DNA from: Candidatus Eiseniibacteriota bacterium
GTDB lineage: Bacteria > Eisenbacteria > RBG-16-71-46 > DASYSL01
DNA length: 64,000 nt
Assembly (NCBI GenBank): GCA_050733935.1
Contig: JBOHUC010000176.1
Coordinates: forward strand, 1,869 to 65,868
Reading direction: 5' to 3'
Part shown: positions 28,301 to 35,112 of the stretch, piece after piece
Layout of the letters: each line of letters begins with the position of its first letter
How positions within the stretch are numbered: position 1 is the stretch's first letter
Notes under the pieces: generated by a model
The model's input: the letters and a program-made list of their open reading frames with translations, nothing else
Database searches by the model: none
What the model was told of the DNA's origin: nothing
Position numbers and translations under genes: made by a program

Positions 28301-29106
28301 CTGATGCCAGCCGGCGTGCAGACGACAGCGACGGTCGGCTGGCCCCCATCAGGAGTGCCGAACGAGCTTCCCGAACAGTTCGTGTTCGTTCTCGCGACCC
28401 CGTTCCAGGGGAACGGCGAGCCCGCAGTGCTCCCGGGCGCCGTCGCCGTGATGCGGATCTGAATGCTCTCGTCCGGGTCGAGCCGGTCGCCGTTCGAATT
28501 CGCGGTAGCCGTGACGAGCTGCCCGACGCGTACCACGCTCCACGAGTGGGTCGTCGAACCCGGAACGATCGTCGGGCTGCCGGAGGGGGTGAACTGCGGC
28601 GGAATCGTGATCGTGATGCATCCCATCTGATTCCCACCGCCCGTGCTCGTGTTGTTCGCGGTGAGAACGAAACTCTGGGTCACGCCGACTCCGACGGAGG
28701 GCGGCGTAATGGAGAGCGTCCACATCGTGGCATCGGTGAAGAAGCACTCGGCCTGAAGGCCCGAGGTTGTTCCGTAGGCTGTCGCCCGGAGTGTCATCGC
28801 CGGGCAGTAGCAGACTTCCCAGGACGTCACGAAGTTTCCCATCTCGTCCGCGACGACCGTCCACGACTCAACGGGGGCGGCGCTCGGCGTCACCTCGATC
28901 TGGACGAACTCGCTGGGGGCAAAACCCGATCCCGTGAATACGGCGGTCGTTCCCGGCGCATAGTCGAGCTTGTCGCTCACGAGGGTTTGCGCTTGCGATT
29001 CGATCGCGCCAAGCGCGAGAGCGAACACAACCGTGAGGGCTAGGGCGAACGGAGGGGCAACGTGCGGTCGGCGCACGCACAAAACACTCGGGAAGGGACG
29101 ACCCAT
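25339..29106 (-). CDS. giant surface adhesin-like protein (HYR domain, tandem Ig-like DUF5011-type repeats, PKD-like domain, FlgD-Ig/T9SS-type C-terminus)
   Basis: ATG at 29106 followed by a signal peptide. HYR-like CPPNITVNADPGLCSAVVNF...CSFTVTV. Five 78-aa and two 81-aa Ig-like repeats. The shared C-terminal domain is at the end. Confidence 0.85.
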   Translation of the reverse strand: MGRPFPSVLCVRRPHVAPPFALALTVVFALALGAIESQAQTLVSDKLDYAPGTTAVFTGSGFAPSEFVQIEVTPSAAPVESWTVVADEMGNFVTSWEVCYCPAMTLRATAYGTTSGLQAECFFTDATMWTLSITPPSVGVGVTQSFVLTANNTSTGGGNQMGCITITIPPQFTPSGSPTIVPGSTTHSWSVVRVGQLVTATANSNGDRLDPDESIQIRITATAPGSTAGSPFPWNGVARTNTNCSGSSFGTPDGGQPTVAVVCTPAGISCPPNITVNADPGLCSAVVNFAATATGNPAPAITYSKNPGTVFPVGVTTVTVTATNACGSASCSFTVTVLDNQAPVVTLVGPNPITVECHTSFTDPGATSSDNCPGGGAVPASGGVDVNVVGSYTLTYTATDASGNVGTASRTVNVVDTTNPVVTLSGPADVTLECHGPAFADPGASASDACAGALSVSVSGSVDVNTVGDHVLIYTATDPSGNSGSTTRTVHVVDTTNPVVTLSGPADVTLECHGPAFADPGASAADACAGALSVSVSGSVDVNTVGDYVLTYTATDPSGNSGSATRTVHVVDTTNPVVTLSGPADVTLECHGPAFADPGATAADACAGALSVSVSGAVDVNTVGDYVLTYSATDPSANSGSTTRTIHVVDTTNPVVTLSGPGDVTLECHGAAFTDPGATAADACAGALSVSVSGTVDVNTVGDYVLTYAATDPSGNSGSTTRTVHVVDTTPPTIGAPAASATIECPNMPAFPVPSASDACDANPEVVEVSDVTTPGSCPGSYVRTKTWKAVDAHGNSSESVSQTVTVIDSTPPTIGSAGADATISCPSAPVFAPPTASDGCDSNPQVIEVSDVTSPGSCAGSYVRTKTWRARDCSGNQSGTVSQTITVVDVTPPTAAITAPPSGTVVAAGTPLTFTGNAGDNCGLQSARWQFDSIVVPAGPIGLGGAIMTTYVLTTPGVYQVKLIVDDACGNSVTASQTPEGFDWTVIVYDPNAGFVTGGGWIYSPPGAYRPNPALEGKANFGFVSKYHRGSRVPTGETEFQFKTAGLNFHSSAYEWLVVAGAKAQYRGAGTINGGGSYDFLLTAIDGSIQGGGKPDKLRMKIWDRVSGGVVYDNQNGQPDDSDASTVLGGGSIEIHSDRGGLRLTSASSAALASAGPEFAIQPARPNPFVGTTQFGFDLPEPSRVTIVVYDVRGRRVATVTDEVREPGSHAAAWSARSDGGARLESGVYFAHVEVRSLVSERHLTAVRKLTLSR
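26911..27846 (-). repeat. four near-identical in-frame 234-bp tandem repeats inside the adhesin gene
   Basis: The marker GTCACGACCGGGTTCGTCGT recurs at 27137, 27371, 27605 and 27839, a period of 234 bp. The encoded 78-aa units differ at only a few residues. Confidence 0.9.
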
Positions 29107-29427
29107 GGGCCGGACTCCGTCGTTTCGAGCCGGTCCCTGGCGCTTTGGGGTAAGCCGTGTGCCTCCGTCCCGCAGGAAGGCGGAACTCAGGGAGAAACAG
29201 TGTTCGCACGCTTCGTGCCGAATCTGTGAAATCGCTTCATCTGACGAGGCCAAATCATTTAGATGAATCGCGTTGCGAACTCTGGCAGGAGCTGCGATAC
29301 GGCCCGGGGGCTGGCCTCCAAATGGGGTCGATCGCGAGTCCACACCCAGTCCCCGGGTGAATTACCCCACGGATCCCCGCCACACGTGGCACCGGGATTC
29401 CCTCGCCGCTGCTACCCTGTCGAGGCG

Positions 29428-30384
29428 ATGGACACCCGCACTCAGACCCCGTCGGAAACGTGGCCTCGACTTCCGCTCGAAGAGTGGCAGGACACTCTCG
29501 CCACGCTGCATCGCTGGCTTCAAATGGCGGGCAAGACGCGCCTCGCACTCTCGCCGGCCGAGAATCACTGGTGGCACGTCGCGCAGTACGTCACGGCGCG
29601 CGGGCTCACCACCTCCCCGATGCCGGCCGGCGATCGCACGCTCGAGATCGAGTTCGACTTCATCGGGCACCGGCTCGAGGCCCGCACATCCGACGGCGCG
29701 GTGAGCGACCTGCCGCTCGAGCCTCTGAGCGTCGCGGAGTTCTACGGGCGCTACCTCGAGATGCTCCGTTCCTTCGACGTCGAGGTGCGCATGCACCCGG
29801 TGCCTTCCGAGATCGCGAACGCCGCTCCGTTCCCATCGGATCGGACGCACGCGTCCTACGACCGGGACGCGGTCCAACGCTGCTTCCGAGTTCTGGTTCA
29901 GGCGGACCGCGTGTTCAAGGACTTCCGCGGGCGCTTCATCGGCAAGTGCAGTCCGGTTCATTTCTGGTGGGGCTCGTTCGATCTCGCATGTACGCGCTTC
30001 TCCGGCCGGCGCGCGCCATTGCATCCGGGCGGGATCGTCGGGCTCCCGGATCGCGTCACGCGCGAGGCCTACTCGCACGAGTGCATCAGCGCAGGGTTCT
30101 GGCCCGGAACTCCGGATGCGCCGATTCGCGAGCCCATCTTCTATGCGTACGCGTACCCCGAGCCTCCGGGATGCAGTACCGCGACCGTCCGGCCGGCACC
30201 CGCCGAGTACCATCCGGTCCTGCGCGAATGGACACTGCCCTACGAGGCGGTTCGCCGATCGAGCGATCCGGACGGAATGCTGCTCGAGTTCTTGCAGAGC
30301 ACCTACGAGACCGCGGCCGACCTGGGGGAGTGGAACCGTTCCGAGCTCGAACGCTCGGCGTCGACGGGCGCTCCCGAGGCCTGA
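29428..30384 (+). CDS. conserved hypothetical protein (DUF5996-like)
   Basis: WPRLPLEEWQDTLATLHRWLQMAGKTRLAL matches my recollection of DUF5996. I chose the ATG at 29428 over the longer ORF. Confidence 0.6.
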   Translation: MDTRTQTPSETWPRLPLEEWQDTLATLHRWLQMAGKTRLALSPAENHWWHVAQYVTARGLTTSPMPAGDRTLEIEFDFIGHRLEARTSDGAVSDLPLEPLSVAEFYGRYLEMLRSFDVEVRMHPVPSEIANAAPFPSDRTHASYDRDAVQRCFRVLVQADRVFKDFRGRFIGKCSPVHFWWGSFDLACTRFSGRRAPLHPGGIVGLPDRVTREAYSHECISAGFWPGTPDAPIREPIFYAYAYPEPPGCSTATVRPAPAEYHPVLREWTLPYEAVRRSSDPDGMLLEFLQSTYETAADLGEWNRSELERSASTGAPEA

Positions 30385-30385
30385 C

Positions 30386-30838
30386 CTACCGGGCGGGCGG
30401 CGGCAAGCGGAAGAGCCAGATCACAACCCAAATGAGCGCGGGCAGAGCCTCCACGACGAGCGAGAACGCCGTCCCGAGCACGAAGAGCCCGGGTCCAATC
30501 CAGTACCGGCCCAGCGCAGGCGGGACGACCAATCGGAGTGGCAGCTCGACGATCCAGCCCAGTGTGTAGCTCATGTTGATCACGAGGATCACGATCGGCG
30601 CCGCGAACAGCGCCATCGGCTCGATTGCGTCCTCCCCCGGCTGGAGGTGCCCGGAACTCGTGATCGCGATGAAGTAGACGATGAAACAGGCGAGCCCCCA
30701 AACACCCACGAGGATGTTGTAGGGGATCCGCCGAATCTCCCACCACAGGATGATCTGCCACCATCGGACATCCGGCTTGCGGGGTCCGAACATCCATTCG
30801 AAGGGGGCGGGAAGCGACGCTGGAAGCATCGCCGCCAC
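30386..30838 (-). CDS. small integral membrane protein, unknown function
   Basis: Four hydrophobic segments. The start is uncertain. No domain recognised. Confidence 0.5.
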   Translation of the reverse strand: MAAMLPASLPAPFEWMFGPRKPDVRWWQIILWWEIRRIPYNILVGVWGLACFIVYFIAITSSGHLQPGEDAIEPMALFAAPIVILVINMSYTLGWIVELPLRLVVPPALGRYWIGPGLFVLGTAFSLVVEALPALIWVVIWLFRLPPPAR

Positions 30839-30927
30839 TGTAGCGGCTCGACGGGACTTGCCGCATCGTCTAATCTCCCCGGACTTCGTGTCGTCCCTTC
30901 GGCCGTTTTCACCAGGAGACAGATTCC

Positions 30928-31860
30928 ATGGTCCGTCTGCTTCTCACCGTTCTCGTCGTCCTCGTTGCGATCGTCGCTGGAATCGTTGGTTGGGTCTACT
31001 TCGGCACGGAGTCAGGAGCGAAGCGCACCTATGATCTCGCGACCGCCGCTCCGGCCATTCCCTCCGACTCGGCCTCCATCGAGCGTGGAAAGCACATGGC
31101 CCACGCGATCGCCGCGTGCGCCTTCTGTCACGGCGCCAATCTGGCGGGGCAGGTGTACATGGACGAGCAGCCGATCGCCCGGCTCGTTCCCGCGAACCTG
31201 ACGGGCGGACGCGGCGGTGTCGCGGCTTCGATGACGGATGAGGGCTGGGTGAATGCGATCCGCCACGGGGTGGGCCGCGACAAGCAGACGCTCCTCATGA
31301 TGCCTTCGGAGGTGTACCAGGCAATGGCCGACGACGACCTCGGAGCGCTCATCGCCTACCTCAGGAGCCTGCCCCCCGTCGACAACGAGCTCCCTCAGAG
31401 CCAGCTCTATCCCGTGGGACGTGCGCTCGTGGCGTTCGGCCAGGCGCCGTTCTTCACGGCCGAGCACGTCGACCATGACATGAAGCCGCCGGCCACGGTC
31501 GAGCGGGGCGTCAACGCGCAGTTCGGCTATTACCTCGCGCGCATGGGCGGCTGCGTTGGCTGTCACGGCAACGATCTCGCGGGTCGCCGCGTCCCCGGCA
31601 CACCGGAGGAGATTCCCGCGGCGGCGAACATCACGCGCACGGGGATCGGACACTACAAGGAGGAGGACTTCATTCGCGCGCTTCACGAAGGCAAGCGCCC
31701 GGGCGGAGCCCCGATCAACCCGTTCATGCCGCTCACCTCGACCGCGCAGCTCACGGACGACGAGATCCGGGCCATCTTCGCCTACCTGAGGAGCATTCCG
31801 CCGCGCGACTTCGGTCAGAACACGTCGCCGCATGCGGTCCCGCCCGGAAGCGGGTCCTGA
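30928..31860 (+). CDS. membrane-anchored dihaem c-type cytochrome
   Basis: N-terminal TM (LLLTVLVVLVAIVAGIVGWVYF) and two CxxCH motifs (CAFCH, CVGCH). Confidence 0.8.
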   Translation: MVRLLLTVLVVLVAIVAGIVGWVYFGTESGAKRTYDLATAAPAIPSDSASIERGKHMAHAIAACAFCHGANLAGQVYMDEQPIARLVPANLTGGRGGVAASMTDEGWVNAIRHGVGRDKQTLLMMPSEVYQAMADDDLGALIAYLRSLPPVDNELPQSQLYPVGRALVAFGQAPFFTAEHVDHDMKPPATVERGVNAQFGYYLARMGGCVGCHGNDLAGRRVPGTPEEIPAAANITRTGIGHYKEEDFIRALHEGKRPGGAPINPFMPLTSTAQLTDDEIRAIFAYLRSIPPRDFGQNTSPHAVPPGSGS

Positions 31861-31872
31861 GGTTGCGCGAAG

Positions 31873-32844
31873 CTAGCGCGTGAGGACGATCTTTCCGATC
31901 GTTCCGCGGCTCTCGATGAGCCGATGCGCCTCGGCGGCCTCGGCGAGTGGCAGCGCGCGATGGATCCTGAACCGAAGCGATCCATCCGCGGCCCATTCGA
32001 CGAGGTTCCGCCGGGCCTCCGCAGTGGCAGCCGGATCGTGTTGCTCGTCGAGACCGAACGCGCCGACCTTGAGCGATCGCGCGTAGAGAGCGTTGGGATC
32101 GACCGGGGCCGGAAACCCTCCCGCGTCCCCGAAGTGAACGAGCTCGCCGAACGGGGCGAGCATCGCGAGGCTCGCCGCCTGCGTGGGCAACCCGACGGAA
32201 TCCAGAACGACATCGACGCCGCGTCCGTCCGTGAGCGCGCTCACACGCTCGACCAGGTCTTCGCCGTAGAGGAGCGGCTCGCCTCCCGCTTCGCGCACGG
32301 CTTCGGCCTTCGCCTCGCTCGACACGGTGCCAAGAACGCGCGCGCCGACCCTCCGCCCAAGCTGGACCGCGAGCAATCCCACTCCGCCTGGCGCCGCATG
32401 AATGAGCACGACCTGTTCCGGACGAATGCGCGCGGCGCGACGGACGAGGAGATACGCGGTCAGCCCCTGCTGCGGGATCGCCGCGGCCGTCACCATGTCG
32501 AGTCCGTTCGGCAGCGGAAGAAGTGCCGCGACCGAGCACGTGGCGAACTCGGCATACGTGCCGCTCCCGTCGGGCGGCGGTGCATGAATCGCAACGCGTC
32601 GGCCGCGCCACGACGCGTCGACGCCGGGTCCGGTCTCGACCACGATGCCCGCGCCCTCGCTCCCCAGGATGCACGGCACAGGCGTGGGCCCGTAGCGCGC
32701 ACGACGGCGCTCCGTGTCCGCGAAATTCACGCCGCGGGCATGGATCTCGACCCGGACCTGGCCCGCCTTCGGCGCCGGCACCGCAACGTCTTCGAGCACG
32801 AGCACTTCCGGTCCTCCGGTGGCGTGCATCACGATGGCGCGCAT
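31873..32844 (-). CDS. NADPH:quinone oxidoreductase / zinc-type alcohol dehydrogenase-like (MDR family)
   Basis: MRAIVMHATGGPEVLVLEDVAVPAPKAGQVRVEIHARGVNFAD and the nucleotide-binding AAPGGVGLLAVQL. Confidence 0.85.
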   Translation of the reverse strand: MRAIVMHATGGPEVLVLEDVAVPAPKAGQVRVEIHARGVNFADTERRRARYGPTPVPCILGSEGAGIVVETGPGVDASWRGRRVAIHAPPPDGSGTYAEFATCSVAALLPLPNGLDMVTAAAIPQQGLTAYLLVRRAARIRPEQVVLIHAAPGGVGLLAVQLGRRVGARVLGTVSSEAKAEAVREAGGEPLLYGEDLVERVSALTDGRGVDVVLDSVGLPTQAASLAMLAPFGELVHFGDAGGFPAPVDPNALYARSLKVGAFGLDEQHDPAATAEARRNLVEWAADGSLRFRIHRALPLAEAAEAHRLIESRGTIGKIVLTR

Positions 32845-32874
32845 GGCCGGGAGGCTATGCTAGATTTGCCTCCT

Positions 32875-33654
32875 ATGAAATTGATTCGTGGCCTCCTTGC
32901 GGGACTGCTCGCGCTGGCGCCGCTCGTCACCGGTTGCGCGCCCTCCGAACAGGAAACCGAGTTCCTCGCCCGGAAGGCGTTTCTCCTGCGACAGAACCAG
33001 GGCATCCGCGAGCTCATCGGCGAGGCCGAGCGCGGCTCACTCGTGCCGGCCGATCGCTTCATGGTGGGGATCAGCGACACCGTGGTCGCCGAGATCCTCC
33101 GCTCCCAGCTCCCGCTCGAGCGCCCGCTCGGAAAACAGTTCGTCGTTCACTTCGAGCGTGCGAACGTGAGCTTCAGGGACAAGTTCGGCGTCATCACGAT
33201 CGAAGGGAACGTCAATCGCATCAAGACTCCGGATCGGAAGACCGCGGTGCGCGTCCACGGCGGCCTCGGGAGCGTGGTGATCGATCCCAAGACGGGCATG
33301 CTCAACGTGGAGATCGCCATCGATCGGGTCGAGCTCCTGCAGGCCGGCATTCTCGAGCAAATCCTCGGGGCGGGCGGGAAACGATTCGTCGCGCAGAAGG
33401 GTCGCGAGCTCTTGAAGGACGCCCTCCCTACGCTCACCGTTCCCGTCGCGCTCGCGCGCGATCTCAAGGTTCCAGCGCTCGATGCCGGTGCTGTTCAGCT
33501 CGACTCGCTCGTCGTGCCCCTCGACCTGTCCGTCGAGCGCGTCCTCGCGGCGGGCGGCAAGCTCTGGCTCACGCTCCACGCGGAGGTTGGCGAGGTCCGC
33601 GGCGGCGAAGAGGGAGTCGGGGTCGCCGTCGGCAAGAAGAAGGGCACGAAATGA
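32875..33654 (+). CDS. lipoprotein, unknown function
   Basis: Lipobox LVTGC after a signal peptide. The ATG at 32875 is in frame within a longer spurious ORF. Confidence 0.65.
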   Translation: MKLIRGLLAGLLALAPLVTGCAPSEQETEFLARKAFLLRQNQGIRELIGEAERGSLVPADRFMVGISDTVVAEILRSQLPLERPLGKQFVVHFERANVSFRDKFGVITIEGNVNRIKTPDRKTAVRVHGGLGSVVIDPKTGMLNVEIAIDRVELLQAGILEQILGAGGKRFVAQKGRELLKDALPTLTVPVALARDLKVPALDAGAVQLDSLVVPLDLSVERVLAAGGKLWLTLHAEVGEVRGGEEGVGVAVGKKKGTK

Positions 33655-34628
33655 GTCGCGCACGCACGTGGCTTCTCGTGGCCGCGGCCGGCGCGGCCTT
33701 CCTCGCTGCGGTGGCGGGCTGTTCCTCCCGGCCGTCCGAGCGGCAGACCGAGGCGTGGAACGCCGAGCTCCAGCGGATCGAGGCGGAGCAGGACTCGCTC
33801 CGCAAGCGCGCGGCCGAGCTCGTGGCGCTCGATCCGAACCTCAAGCGGATCCCCCCGGGGGACATCGTCATCGCCATTCCGACGGCGTTCGTACGAAGCG
33901 CCATCGAGCGGGTGTTCGAGGATGTCGCGAGCCATGTGACGATTCGGATCACCGGCATCAAGGCGCACGTCGAGAAGTCGATTAAGAAGATCGTCACGAT
34001 CGGCAATTTCACAGTCGACATCAATATTCACGAAGTGGTCGGGACGCTTGCGCCAGCCAAGCCCGACATGATCTTCGGCAAGGACCGGATCTCGATGGCA
34101 CTGCCCATCGAAGTCACCTCCGGCCGCGGAGAGGCCACGATCCACTTTGTCTGGGACGGGAAGAACGTGGCGGACGTCGCGTGTGGCGACATGGACATCA
34201 CGCAGAAGGTGACCGGAAACGTGATCCCGGCGAAATACCAGGTCTCGGGCAGCATCGGCCTTGCGATCCGCGACAACAAGGTCGTCTGTACGCCTGTCTT
34301 TCCGGAGACCCGGCTCAGGCTTCGCGTGAGGCCTTCGAAGGAGTCGTGGAACGCGATCAACAAGATTCTCGACGAGAAACGGGGAGCGTGCGGCTTCGTG
34401 CTCGACAAGGTCGACGTCCCGAAGCTGCTCACGAACCTGACCGAGGAGAAGGGCTTCAACGTGAAGCTCCCGTTCGACAAGCTCAAACCCTTCCTGTTCC
34501 CCGCCGGTGTGGCCGACTCGGTGACGGTCGGTGGCCAGTTGCTCCTCGTCCAGGCCACGACCAACACGGCGCGCATCGACCCCGATGCACTCTGGTACAG
34601 CGCGAACGCCCAGGTCCGGAAGCCCTGA
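33651..34628 (+). CDS. lipoprotein, unknown function
   Basis: ATGA overlap with the previous lipoprotein gene and lipobox AVAGCSS. The N-terminal coiled-coil-like segment is followed by a beta-rich region. Confidence 0.65.
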   Translation: MSRARTWLLVAAAGAAFLAAVAGCSSRPSERQTEAWNAELQRIEAEQDSLRKRAAELVALDPNLKRIPPGDIVIAIPTAFVRSAIERVFEDVASHVTIRITGIKAHVEKSIKKIVTIGNFTVDINIHEVVGTLAPAKPDMIFGKDRISMALPIEVTSGRGEATIHFVWDGKNVADVACGDMDITQKVTGNVIPAKYQVSGSIGLAIRDNKVVCTPVFPETRLRLRVRPSKESWNAINKILDEKRGACGFVLDKVDVPKLLTNLTEEKGFNVKLPFDKLKPFLFPAGVADSVTVGGQLLLVQATTNTARIDPDALWYSANAQVRKP

Positions 34629-34660
34629 GATCCCAGGCAGTGGCCGTCCAAAAAGGACGG

Positions 34661-34696
34661 TTGACGTCCTCCGGGTGACATGCTAATTTCTTAGCA
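34661..34696 (+). promoter_or_regulatory. sigma70-like promoter with overlapping palindrome (candidate BlaI-type operator)
   Basis: TTGACG (34661-34666), a 17-nt spacer, then TAATTT (34684-34689). The perfect 6-4-6 palindrome TGCTAA-tttc-TTAGCA (34681-34696) overlaps the -10. The site lies 31 nt upstream of the repressor gene. Confidence 0.45.
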
Positions 34697-34726
34697 CAAG
34701 AACGCACCGGCCCGGAGAGACCGCTG

Positions 34727-35110
34727 ATGATGACTCCATCCACGCTTTCCCGACGCGAGCGCCAGATCATGGACGCGCTCTACGCACTCGGCCGCGCATC
34801 GGTGGCCCAGGTTCGCGAGCGCATGCCCGATCCCCCGGGCTACTCCGCGGTCCGCGCGTTTCTCCGAATCCTCGAGGAAAAGGGACACGTCCGTCACGAG
34901 GAGGACGGCCCCCGGTACGTCTACCTGCCCGTGGTCCCGGCGCGCCGCGCCCAGCGCGCCGCAGTCTCCCACCTGGTCCGCACGTTCTTCCAGGGGTCGG
35001 CCGAGCGAACGATGGCGGCACTGATCGAGAGTGCCGACACGAAGCTCAGCCACGACGAGCTCGATCGGATCGAGCAGCTCGTGATCCGCGCGCGAAAGAA
35101 AGGAAAGTAG
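34727..35110 (+). CDS. BlaI/MecI/CopY-family transcriptional repressor
   Basis: LSRRERQIMDALYALGRASVAQVRERMPDPPGYSAVRAFLRILEEKGHVRHEEDGPRYVY, a winged-helix penicillinase-repressor pattern. Confidence 0.85.
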   Translation: MMTPSTLSRRERQIMDALYALGRASVAQVRERMPDPPGYSAVRAFLRILEEKGHVRHEEDGPRYVYLPVVPARRAQRAAVSHLVRTFFQGSAERTMAALIESADTKLSHDELDRIEQLVIRARKKGK

Positions 35111-35112
35111 CC

